Source of the DNA: Nymphaea colorata
Taxonomy: Eukaryota
Assembly (NCBI RefSeq): GCF_008831285.2
Contig: NC_045138.2
Location: 16,678,001-16,742,000, forward strand
DNA length: 64,000 nt
Direction of reading: 5' to 3'
Below the pieces are notes generated by a model that was not told the DNA's origin, made no database searches, and saw only the letters and a program-made list of their open reading frames with translations. This document shows, in pieces, positions 14,081 through 25,295 of this stretch. Positions within the stretch are counted from its first letter, which is position 1, and every line of letters starts with the position of its first letter. Both the position numbers and the translations under genes were made by a program.

Positions 14081-15930
14081 GTCACACACACACACACACA
14101 TAGATACACACGCAACAGATTTTTAAATATTACTAAGGGATGTGTAGCAAGCGCATTTCTAAAACTGGCATTTTATTATATGCATACACTTTATTTTACA
14201 AATTATATATAATATATCAACGTTATAATGAATTAAATACATTATTTTATACATATCAGAAGATACTTAAATGAAAATGAGGTTTATAAAACCAACTGAA
14301 TCATCAAGTAGACCCACCAGTCACATGTCAATTCATTCTGAGTTGAATCCCGAGTCACTGGGTTTTAAGACATGCATGAGCACATTTTTTAGCCCAAATA
14401 TAGTTCTCCTGGCAGCATCAATTGTCAATAGGTGTTTGGAAAACCTCATACCAAGAAAGGCACAATAAACACTGCAGGTTCTTGTCACATATCATGCGCC
14501 AACACCGGCACTAAGTTATCAACTAATTCTTACCAACAATAGCAATTGTTTGCATATGTAAATGTGTCCTCAAATCTAATGAGTACCAGGAATGAAACAA
14601 GATGAACCTGAGCAAGAAATGAAATCATTATTATTGCCGTCATGAAGTTTGCATAGACAAACATACCACTGAGGATCCTAATGCCATGTCCATATCATTC
14701 CAAATGTCTGCATTATCATTATCTTCAACGTCATTTTGATGATTTTCCAAAAGCTCAGCTTGGAGGACAATGTCCCTTTTGAAACCATTATCTAACTTTA
14801 GTAAGGTATCATTTTGCGTGTCGGTATGAACCTGCCATCAATGGAAAACTACACCTCAAATGAAAAGCACTGCAGTGGAATAATACAAAAATAGTGAGAA
14901 CGTTCAGTTTTCAATGGTAAAATTGCTTACCTTTGAAGCTTTCAGTGCTTCATCTCTAACCTTTCCCTCGAGGTTGCCTAGGGAAACCCCCAATTCGTGA
15001 GCTTCAAGATTATTGGCACTTTTCCACCCATCAACAGATACAGGATTTGAGATGCATTGATTACTTCCAAACTCATTGAAATTGTGTTGAAATAGTGATT
15101 CAAATTTTTCATGTAGTGAAGCAACACGTTGAACATCTGGCATATAGGGTTTGTGCTCAGACACCGAGTTGCTCCTAATTTTGTTGACATTTTCACAACC
15201 TTCCTCTTCATCAGAATCGAGAACCACTACAGGAATACCTAATTGCTTTTGAGATGTCACCAATTTACTAGGGCTAGGAGTGCTATGAACGGAAGCTGAA
15301 TGGCGAGCTAAGCTTAGACTGTCTTTAAACTTCATAGCACAAGCAGAAAGCTCATTCATATCTTTTGTAACACTACCATACTCCCCATCATCTGTACCAA
15401 TTAATAGATTGCTTAGCAACACAGGGTCAACAGAATTGCAGATGCTCGTGTCGTACCACCTCCGCAGCCTTTTGAATGGACTCGAATATATCTCTATAAC
15501 AGTAGTAAATCCATAATGAAAAAACTGATCAACAACACCAAATAGTACCAAGCACATCAACAAAGAATTGCAGGAAAGGTGTCTTAAGACTCCAACATAA
15601 GGCACAAAGACCACATGTTATACTTAAATTTCAACAAGTCATACATCAAAAATATGTCAGCTTCCATGCAGAAATTTCCAATTATTTTTTAGTGAAAAAC
15701 ATATCCGGCCACTCCTTAATCACCAAAATATTTCTCGAGAAAAACAGACAATCACTTGATAGTTGATATAATAGAAAAGCAGAAAAAGCAATGTGATTGG
15801 AATAACAAATTAAATAAAGAGTATTTCTAAACAGCAGATATCTTCAGAGAAAAATGTGAATGGAGTATTTGAAGCATTAAAGCTCTATTGAAGGAAATAA
15901 AATACCTTCATAACTGCATGAGTTTGCCAT
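8137..15930 (-). CDS. DRD1: SNF2-family chromatin remodeller, DRD1/CHR35-like (RNA-directed DNA methylation), about 890 aa
   Basis: Coding exons 15930-15906, 15493-14931, 14831-14667, 13190-13038, 9981-8219 and 8140-8137 (the unspliced stop is at 8215), all GT-AG and in frame. Motifs [14 protein letters not shown] (Walker A), [11 protein letters not shown] (DExH), [36 protein letters not shown]-terminal CEH...[12 protein letters not shown] and DIWNDM motifs fit the DRD1 clade. Start codon is inferred. Confidence 0.9.
10052..11004. mobile_element. Degenerate or nested non-autonomous DNA element(s) of the CTATGTxACATGGGTAC-end family in a DRD1 intron
   Basis: End ctatgtaacatgggtac at 10052 matches the TIR of the element at 51940-52383. 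Repeated gggtac/cgggtc subterminal motifs; second left end at 10726 and a right end near 10989-11004. No clean TSD. Confidence 0.55.
11679..12030. repeat. Diverged tandem duplication of about 180 bp overlapping the left end of the MITE
   Basis: Both units start ggttttaagaaaa(c/g)tgaaagg and share acaaaga(t/c)gaagca, caagctgggctgg and agtctcaaaaggcacaactc. Confidence 0.75.
11965..12366. mobile_element. hAT-type MITE in a DRD1 intron
   Basis: TIRs tagggctgttca / tgaacagcctta (11/12 match), 8-bp TSD acagctac / acagccac (7/8), internal gagct/ctcga subterminal repeats. Confidence 0.75.
14033..14102. repeat. Compound microsatellite (TA)n-(TG)11-GT-(CA)9
   Basis: Directly visible; the TG and CA tracts are mutually complementary. 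Confidence 0.95.
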
Positions 15931-17400
15931 ATCAGACCAGAAGGCAAAATGAAGAAGCTAGACCTACATGCCCAGTCTCAATTCCTGCCATGGGATAAAT
16001 GTGACATCTGCAAGGTAGCCAACAACAAAAAGTTGGTTCCAAAACACCTGTCACTTCAACAGATACATGATGAACAGGTGCAAGATAACAGGCTCATTGA
16101 ATCAGCAATTCATTGAACATAGATTCTTTAAGGTGGTTGGTAAGCGTTATACCCACACCAGGTGCTGTTGCAGGTTAGCTGCTGCTTCAACTCACCAAAT
16201 CCAACTCAGCCATGCCGGTCAACTTTACCTCATATCGTAGAATCAGACTCAATTCTCATTCAAATTGGATGTTGTCAACTCAGGTTCATTAGCTTATTCT
16301 CATAAATAGTTTACATTTTATACCTTTACTGCGCACCATTTCTACATTTGCTATTGCCTATGACGTTAAAAAGGTGTTGCATGTAAACTCACACCTACGT
16401 GGTTACACACACGTATGTGTGCGTATGTGCTTGTGTTCATGCGCACGCTTGGCACATCTCTTGTATATGACGTAGTTGCACACGGTGAACTAGAAGAGAT
16501 TTTTCCATTCCGAATTATAAATATTTCCATGGGAAACAAAACATGGAAATAAACATTGGTACAGCGTAACATGGAGAAATCATGGGTCTGCAACTTTCGT
16601 GTACTTTTCGTTGAGCAGGGAAAGATGTAGTCACAGAGAGAGCAAAAGCCGTTGTTCACATAAGCGTGGAAGAGCCAGAGTTTGTAAATGAGACAATGGA
16701 GATAAACGTGGGTAGTCGGCCCAGGTGTAGACCAGCCTGGTTTCTCTATGAACAGAAACAGTGGGTCCCACTCTTAATTGCTGTTTAAGAATACTTTTCT
16801 TAAGCAGGAACAGGAATCACATAGAACTAAAATGAGAGGCAAATTCTATTAAATTGTTACTCTGCAATAGAAGCATCAGTGACCACGGAAATGATACCCA
16901 AAATGATTAAGAACTTTACGCTTGGCCTCCTTAGCAAGCTAATGCCAATAAACAAACTGACAAAAGAAAATGGTATGCATGTTCCCACAAAGTCAAGTGA
17001 ATACAAACAATCAACGATTGTATTTCCACTATTCAAACTGTATATACCAAATCCTTTAAAAGATAACTTCTAATAAGCACCATGCGACTAACCAAATGAA
17101 TGCATTAGAAGTTTGGTAGAAGAAACATACACGGATTTCGCTATCAAATTATAAATAGCACACCGATGAATCAAATCAAACAATACAATAAGAAAGACAT
17201 GGGTATTTACATGCTTCCAGGAAACGATAGATTTCCCAAACGAATCGAGACAGAGAGAGTGGAAGACAATACCTTCTCCAGCAAGCGAACCATTTCATCT
17301 TCCTCCTCCCCAACGTCAAAAAGAGAACGAGAAGCAGCGAGAAAGAGAGAAAATAAGAGAATGAGGCCTCTCTCTTGCCCAAGGGGCCTCCTCAGTTAGT
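15931..17400 (-). promoter_or_regulatory. Inferred spliced 5' leader of DRD1 containing uORFs
   Basis: Donor AAG|GTATTG (exon ends 17273) and acceptor TTGCAG| (exon starts 16007). Upstream AUGs at 17298, 17293, 16007, 15991 and 15969. GC-rich promoter-like region 17400-17700. Transcription start is not known. Confidence 0.55.
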
Positions 17401-19473
17401 GGGGACTGTCCCTTTCGATCGCGAACCCCGCCACGCCCTTTTCTAGCAAAAATCTTCAACGTTCGATCCGGAGATGGACGGCTGCGACGTCGGATTTCTT
17501 GAAGTGGAGCTCTGCTCGGTTGTTGCGCTTTCGCGGGTCGGGAGGGCCGTGCACCAGGCATCTGAACGCTCACAACCGTCCATCTTGCCACGTTTTTTAT
17601 TCTCCGGCGTTGTCAGAGGAGACGAACGGGTTCGTACGGACCAATGAGGTTACAGTTGGATTGGACTTGCAGACAATCTTAGCCCGACCCGATTGGTGAA
17701 TAACGTGGAGCAAAATCAACCATTCCATATCTGATAAGAAAACTCGCATTCAGTTAATGTATCTTATCTTGTATGTACATTATGTAGCAAATTTACATTG
17801 AATTTAGATTAATTTTATTGACATCCTTTAAATGGCCTTAACCTGTGCAATTTTTAGTTCATTTACTTGGTATGACCCAAAATTAAACTAGAACAACTAT
17901 TCCAGTCTGGTTTGGATTTAATGCATTCAGCAAAAACGATGAGATAGCAACTTAGCATTCAATGAAACGATTAAAGACATTGTTTCCTAACATGGTATTA
18001 TATGCAATGAGAAACTATTTATAGTTCACATGTTTAAGATCACCAATGTCATTTTCATAAGAAACTACTTATAGTTTTTTTCTACATCAACATTTTTTTT
18101 TATGAAAAATGAGTTTTACTTGTCAAAGCTTAACGATGCAACACTATAAAACAAAAAAAAAATGAAGATATATAATTATATGGTTGGGAGCTGCTATTAA
18201 CACGATGCTTTAGCTCAAAAGATTGTCTTCTAGTGAATTAAAGGCGAAATGTTTCCATTCAAATTAAAAAGGAATTGTTCTCAACTTGAAAGCATTCGAA
18301 AATCAAATTTCATCTGTAATCAACCATGGTTTCATGGTATGGGAACACAAGTTTTAGAACTTGAAAACTTGAAAAATAGCTTCAATGCTATCTTGGTCAT
18401 CCTGGACATTTTATTAGCAGACTCAAAGACATACCAAGTTTAGTATGGGACAAGAGGATGATAATGGGCATTCCACTAGCAAAAGCAGCCACATGTTGGC
18501 CGGTGTGGGCAGTTGACCTCACTGCTCCACATTTATTTATTTTCTTATTTATGTATATTACTGCCCCTATATATATGAGAAAATGTCAGTGGGAATGGTA
18601 GATAAGAGTGGGCATCGGGCCCGGGACAATATTTTATATTATATTTTTGTAAATTTTCATAAATATATATAATCTATGATTTACTTTTTTAATTAAAAGC
18701 AAGCTGAGTTGGGCTCTAATGGCCACCCCTAATAGTAGATACTTGGATTGAGAACAACTTGCTCAAACAACACTCATACTATATTCAGTGTTAAGAATAT
18801 AAAGTTGTGAATCGGTCTCCATATTTTACGTCTTTTTTTTTTTTGTTTTTGTCAATGTAATGTTGTTGTAAGGTGTTGTGAATCAGATCACGGTTCACTT
18901 AATCCATTTTTGTTTGTTTATCTTCCACCACAAGTCTCAAATTAGCCACCATGGATCTTAGATCAAAGGGGTATCAGGCATGGTATAGTTATGAAGTTGA
19001 ACCAAATTGATTATTTTTTTGTTTTAAGAAGACAAATAAATCATTGAAAAAAAAAGAAGAAAAAAAACTTCCGCAGCCAGTAATTGTAAAAACCTTGCAA
19101 AGGTTTGGATAGTAAAAAACAAAGTACTCAACTTTTCAAAAAATCCAAGTACAAGAGAATTGCAACGTGCAAAATATACTTTTTTGGCGCAAGAGTTAAT
19201 AGTTTCAATTTTATTTTTTGTTTTTGTTGTTAATGTTGATGTGTCGACCAAAATGACAACGACCCAAACATTTCATTTCATTATGTAGTAAATTCAACTA
19301 ATACAAAATCATTTCATATTTTTCAATTACACACATGACAAATAAAAAAAAACATTAATGAGACTTAAAACATGATGTGTCCGCATGACCATAGACTCAA
19401 TAGAACAGTAGTAGAATGTGTAGTAGAATGTGAGCGGAACCATCTAATTAACATGCTGTTTCGAGCATCAAAA

Positions 19474-19578
19474 CTAAGATGTAACCCTCTAAGATGTAAC
19501 CTCAAATCTAAGACATAACCTATATAACTAAATATATGATATCTAAGACATAACCTATATAATTAAATATATGATATA
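19474..19578. repeat. Short tandem repeats: ctaagatgtaacc x2 and a 35-bp unit x2
   Basis: atctaagacataacctatataa(c/t)taaatatatgat occurs twice, preceded by two related ctaagatgtaacc units. Confidence 0.85.
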
Positions 19579-19799
19579 ATATATAAAAGAACATATAAAC
19601 ACTATATTATATTATCGTGATAAGTGTATGTAACGGTAAATGGCAGTCCCTACACACACTCTACCAAAACAACGGAGGATCGAGTGAAAGCTTGTTAAGC
19701 AGTAGGTATTTGAGTACTTGTTAATGGGTTTGTGACTAACGCGTGCGTTCAAAATTACCGATATGGTGGAGACTCTGGTTTAAACGGGTTCGCGCAATT

Positions 19800-19807
19800 T
19801 AGGGTTT
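19800..19807 (-). promoter_or_regulatory. Telo-box (AAACCCTA) upstream of the L7/L12 gene
   Basis: tagggttt about 40 nt before the ATG at 19848. Telo-boxes are enriched in plant ribosomal-protein gene leaders. Confidence 0.55.
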
Positions 19808-19847
19808 TGCCCGCCATTGTTTTTACGGAGTGGAGCTTGCTTCTACT

Positions 19848-20732
19848 ATGAGGAGGTGGTGCCCTTCTTCTCTCATCAAATGTGCACTTCGAAGCCCTAA
19901 TTTGTTTATTGAACGATCGAGAAACCTTCGAGTGATTCTTCATGGATCCGATCTCTCCTCCTCGTCCTGCTTCCGCAGGTCTCCTGTTATTGGGTCCTGG
20001 TCGACCGATCCTTCCCCTCTCTCGGTTTCTCCTTCTCATTTGGAGGCTTCTGGGAATTGTGATTTCCGTGATTGGAAGCGAAAATACGGCGATTCCTGCG
20101 GTTTACCTGGCACAGCATTGGAAAATTTGAGATTTTATCCCACTTCTTCTTCGGGGTCTCCTTCGCCTTTGGCGTCGACATTTTTGAGTTTGTATTCTCG
20201 TTCGCTTTGGTCGCGAAGACAGGAACGCGATTCCAGGGTACGATCCAGAGGGTTATCGAGCGCTGTGGAACAGTCATCGGAAACAAATGCGACGACTACC
20301 GCCGGAGGTGAGGTTAGCCAGAAAGTTGTGGAGATCGTCGATGAGGTTACTGGGCTCACATTGATGGAAATCGCTGATCTTACGGAGGTTTTGAGAAAGA
20401 AATTTGGCGTCGACGAGATGCCGATGATGGACGTGATGATGCCGGGGATGGGCATGGGTGGCGTGGGAGGAGGCGCCCGTGCTGGCGGTGCTAAAGCAGA
20501 GGAGAAGAAGGCTGAGAAGACGGCATTCGATCTGAAGTTGGAGAGCTTCGACGCGGCTTCGAAGATCAAGATCATCAAGGAGGTGAGAACGTTCACTGAT
20601 TTGGGTCTCAAGGAAGCCAAGGATTTGGTGGAGAAGACGCCGACATTGTTGAAGAAAGGGGTCTTGAAGGAAGAGGCTGAGAAGATCATAGAGAAGATGA
20701 AAGCAGTAGGTGCAAACGTCGTAATGGAATGA
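19848..20732 (+). CDS. RPL12: Organellar (mitochondrial-type) ribosomal protein L7/L12 (bL12), intronless CDS, 294 aa from the first ATG
   Basis: C-terminal domain EKTAFDLKLESFDAASKIKIIKEVRTFTDLGLKEAKDLVEKTPTLLKKGV, N-domain IVDEVTGLTLMEIADLTEVL, Gly/Ala hinge, Arg/Ser-rich presequence-like N-terminus. Confidence 0.9.
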   Translation: MRRWCPSSLIKCALRSPNLFIERSRNLRVILHGSDLSSSSCFRRSPVIGSWSTDPSPLSVSPSHLEASGNCDFRDWKRKYGDSCGLPGTALENLRFYPTSSSGSPSPLASTFLSLYSRSLWSRRQERDSRVRSRGLSSAVEQSSETNATTTAGGEVSQKVVEIVDEVTGLTLMEIADLTEVLRKKFGVDEMPMMDVMMPGMGMGGVGGGARAGGAKAEEKKAEKTAFDLKLESFDAASKIKIIKEVRTFTDLGLKEAKDLVEKTPTLLKKGVLKEEAEKIIEKMKAVGANVVME

Positions 20733-21229
20733 GGAGAAGTCTGCGTTTTCTTTTTGGTGAGTGATTAGGCATTTGGATAATTTTCAGTTATCCATGAAAT
20801 TTCAGCGTCTCTGCTTCTTCGTTTTTTCTCATTGAATGCATAAAGAGGCTCGAGTAGTGTTAATGGAGAATCTTTCCATTTTGAGAACTATGTAATATCT
20901 ACGACGCGTTGCGAGTGAAAGGTATAACGAAGGAAATATAGCCCGCCGACTCGCACCGTGGTAGTTTGGTAACCATGAGTGACTTCATCGATGGTAACAC
21001 CGTTTAGAAGATCACGACTGCCGGTGCAGCGAGTCTTCATTTCCCAATCTTCAGCAAATACAGTCTATTACGTGGTCAGTGAATGGTGGGTTTAAAGACG
21101 TCAATCGTCGACAGTTATTAGATTTGAATTCCATGATTAAACTAATAGGTTTTTCAGTAACAAAATCATATAGTACACTACGATTGATTACACTTTGGAA
21201 AGTCCAGTCTATGAGGAGTTTGTATGCCA

Positions 21230-21420
21230 CTGATCTTCCATCTCGCTTGGGCTCGATGTGTTACGCGTTTTTAGACAGAGTAGTGTGAAGTCTGCAGACT
21301 TGACGTAGGCTATACTCACTTCCTTCCCTGATGGCTTGTTTGATTTCCCTGATAACTCGTCTTGGAATTCGAGGGGCCTGCGCGGGACAATACCCATTCA
21401 GAACAACAATCTTGGATAGC
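21230..21420 (-). mobile_element. Possible decayed LINE RNase H-like fragment
   Basis: Translation VLNGYCPAQAPRIPRRVIREIKQAIREGSEYSLRQVCR resembles the plant LINE RNase H pattern (ALNG...PW.I..II.DIK...SF.HV.R). Recognised by eye only. Confidence 0.3.
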
Positions 21421-23150
21421 CTCTCCAGGTTTAACACAGCTATATATGGTCTCCGTTTTTCTAGATTTCCTGTCAGATCACTAAAAATCCAGAACGTCTG
21501 CTTCTGGATTAATGCAACTGAAACCTTTATCGGGGCAACTGAGCATGCATTTGTGTCCATGCAATGTGCTTAGTACTGCTCTTTTGGACACGGAACTGTT
21601 GAGCTTTTATGCTGCTTTTCTACTGTTGCAGATCTCGGTTTCTGCTTATGGTCAACAGAAAATCAGATTGTCTGGTCGTCAGTTACATGTAAAAGATATT
21701 CGGTTGTCTTCTGTGGAACGTTGCTCATACAGACATATGAAACCATGTGTAATTCAAGGACGTTGGCTTCATTTGATGATAAACTGTTTTGAGCTACACA
21801 ACACTATATGGTTCAGCAACTAAGGGTTGCATTATATTAGCACGCTGACCTGGTCTTGGGTTGTTCTTAATCACTTCCATATTCCAATTGTGCTCGTTTT
21901 TTCTGAAATCACCCGATGTGCTGCTTATTTTCCCTTGGTTCATGGATTACCGCTTTCTACCTTTGTGCACCGGCAGCCTGGTTAATGAGTTTATCCGTCA
22001 TCCAGCCAGGTTACCTAGATGGCCAGCTGGGCTGTTCCTGTTAGTTTACTGATTATTTGTTTGGCTCGTTACCTGTCCCTTACTGCAGTACTAAATTGCA
22101 GTATCCATCTAGTTTTAGCTGATCACATAGTGTCAGAAGTTTTTGGTATAAAGCGCTTTGGTCCATTTTACTTTTGCATTTGGGCTAATGACTAATTGGA
22201 ATTAAGTGCTCCTGGTCTTTTATCTAGTTTTTTTAGCATGTGAGCGACACTTTGTGTGCTTCTTTCAGTGCTCCATACTTTTTCAGTTTGAGTGCTTAGA
22301 ATTGCAATTTAATACATCAGGCAATTTTTATTCTATTTCTGAAAAGCATGCACTTTATTATGGAGGGTACCCTTCTCTGAAATAGGATTGTTAGAGTGGG
22401 GGAGGGATTGGAAGGACTTATTTCAAGATTACGATTTTTTGGTTAGTGTTGCATTTATGAGATAGGACGTGGCTGTATTGGTTATAATTAGTAGTTTCAA
22501 GGTTATGTAACCGTACAGTGTCAAAGGGAAGCTTTAAGGAGGTGCTCTGCCCTAGGGAGAACAGAATTGGTCCGTACTCTTAGGTGAACAGTCCCAAACA
22601 ATCCATCGATGAAGTGTGGATAATTATCCTGATTCTGCCACGTTAGAGTGGGCACTTAATGTGCTTTCTCTGGGAGGTTTTGAGCTTCATATTTTTGTTA
22701 GTTTTACTTCTTTTGTTGCATGAAAAAACTCAGTGAAGCCCTATTACGCGAGGTAATTGTTTCACTTGGTGAAGTCAAGCCAAAGTCTGAATTAGTCTGG
22801 ACTCTGAACATATAAACAGCATCTTATTTACCAGTTTCTTGGGTAGCTAACGTCTTCTATTGTGTATCACTTGTTGTGCAGGGGTTTCAGGAGGAGGAAT
22901 GCATGGTTGAAAGAGAACACCACAGGACTTAGATCTATTGAAGCCACCAAGTTGGATTCTGTTCAGCATCGCCTATGTTGATTTAATTCACCTCTGCATC
23001 TCCACTTTATCTTAAGTTTTGGGCTCGAGAATAACAAATCATCTCTTGATTAAAGCATGCAAATGACAAACTTTTGATTTGAACAGCAAGAGTTGGTTGG
23101 GCTGCGTCTTCGGTTGCTGATTTGGTTCCCTTGCATCTTTTGCATTGGAC

Positions 23151-23222
23151 GAGAGAGAGAGAGAGCGAGAGAGACAGGGAGAGAGAGAGAGAGAGCGAGA
23201 GAGACAGGGAGAGAGAGAGAGG
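23151..23222. repeat. Interrupted (GA)n microsatellite with a duplicated gagcgagagagacagg unit
   Basis: Directly visible. Confidence 0.9.
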
Positions 23223-25252
23223 GAATACATAACCTGTTCTCTATGTCTTGAGAATTGTTCCACACAAATATTGTTTATGCCCCTAGATGGCTTAAACTAT
23301 TGGCTTTAAGATTTTTGGTTAATGTACCTAGTAGTTTGTGGTTATGGATGTTCCAATGCTTTATCACTGCAAACTAGTTGAGGTTTCTTCTTTTTTCTTA
23401 AAGCAACGGTTGAAGCATCTGGGAAAGCCTAAGACATCTATCTATGAAGATTTCAAATATACTGATTGTAGCTTGTAACTAAGAGACCTATTTCCTCTTT
23501 CATCAGGAGGTCCTTCGTCCTTTTTTTCTTCTTTCTTCATAAGCTGTGGTAGGCAGGCTCGATGTAGTATGCCAGCAGGTATAGCCGGGTATTAAACTGA
23601 CCTCCTTAAACTTGAAGAATCCTAAAGCGAACCCTTGACTGGGTGAATGAAGTTTCTGTTGGCAGATTGGGACAATCAAAGTCTTGGAAATTGTGCACAT
23701 TGCATGTGTTGAACCTTAAGGGGCTAGTCAAGTTTTTGTGCCAATGAATGTGTCTTGCATTTGTGCTGATCCATGTAACATAGGTAGTTGAAAAAGGCTG
23801 CTACAAGACAAAATATTATGTGAGCGTAAAACTTTGTCATTATTTTTAACTCTAATTTAACGGGATATATATTATCGATATTGAACATATGGATTATGTT
23901 ATTTCATAAATATATCTGTGTGTATCTGCCGTACTCATGTGCTAACATTTTTCTGAAATTACTGTTGATAATGGTACAACTGTCCTTCCGCTTTCAGACC
24001 TGCAGCCGGATCTGCACCTATGCAACTTCGATGCAAAATTTGAGTTGCCAAATCATTATGTTTGCCCTTACCTTGCTAGCAGTCAGATGTAGTATATACA
24101 ATTTTTTTTTATTTTTTATTTTTATATTGTTAGCAACAAATGCTGACCCTGATGCTCCGATCTCTTTGCTTTCTAGTGAAGGAAAAGAAGAAGATTATGG
24201 AGGCATTGGTTCCTTCTTATCCCTTGTTTCTATCAGGCTGGCTGTCGTTTAGAGATCCATAGGCAGTGAAGAAATTTATTAAAATCTCAGAAGACCCAGT
24301 CTGAAGCTCATCAGGAAATTTCTCTTGTTCTTAGCCAACGAAAACCGTATAACGTGCTTGGAGTGAGAAAATTGGTTTTTTTATTGTGGCTATTTAAGAC
24401 CCTGAACAGAGTATTCATTAGTACTTTTCTTGGTATCAATTTGTTTCTCTATATAACCTTGCAGTCGCCGTTAAAAGCTTTTACCGCTGTTACTTTCAGA
24501 TTTAACGCTCTGCAAGTTATAGTCAGTCACGGAACCACTACGGTAAAAGAGTTTCATTTTGTCCATTCTCATATGTCGTTTTTAAGTGTCTCTCCATGAA
24601 GATGGTTTCTTTATTATTGTTAAAAAAAGCCAGTTTACATAAAGCGATAATTACAAAGTATATGTGCGCCTGATGAAAATGGACAACCGTATCACTAATA
24701 TCATTGAATATGACTCTAATGAAAAAAAAATTCACAATCCACTGATTTCAAATAATTATTAATTAAAAAAATTGTAAAAATATTTTAAAATTTATCAATA
24801 AAAACAGTAAGGCTATAAATATCGAAGGGCAGAAGAAAAACGGCTGCCTATATTTTTTACCGCTTAAACTATTATCGAATCGTCTTTTTTTTCCTTTTGA
24901 GAAAAAGTTTGACTTTTCGCATTATAGAGCCGTAGTCTAACACACCAAGCTTCGGAATGGAATTTTACCTTCTCACAATTTTGTTTCCAAATTTGTCCTC
25001 GTCTCCATCCCTGCCCTCCGGTGCTCCGCCTGTACGCCACTAACGGCGTCATTTTCTCTCGCAGTTTGTGACTGATCATTTGTGGCTATTCATGTAATTT
25101 CTGAGACTGTAAGGGTTTTCAACCCATCGCCCATCGGAGCACCACTTGGTTGGTTCCCTTTTTGGGGAAATTCTGCAATTTGTGAAAAAATTCCCTCTTC
25201 GCGCTCTTTCTGCTCTCTCCGTCCCTGCCTCTTCCTTGGCTCCCTTTCTGTG

Positions 25253-25260
25253 AAACCCTA
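25253..25260 (+). promoter_or_regulatory. Telo-box (AAACCCTA) in the SAE2 leader
   Basis: Exact motif about 35 nt upstream of the ATG at 25296. Confidence 0.5.
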
Positions 25261-25295
25261 GCTTTACTGGAATACACAGTTCGCTGGTTTCTCTA

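Noticed and set aside
20135..20689. 184-aa minus-strand ORF
   Set aside because: Antisense shadow of the L7/L12 coding frame.
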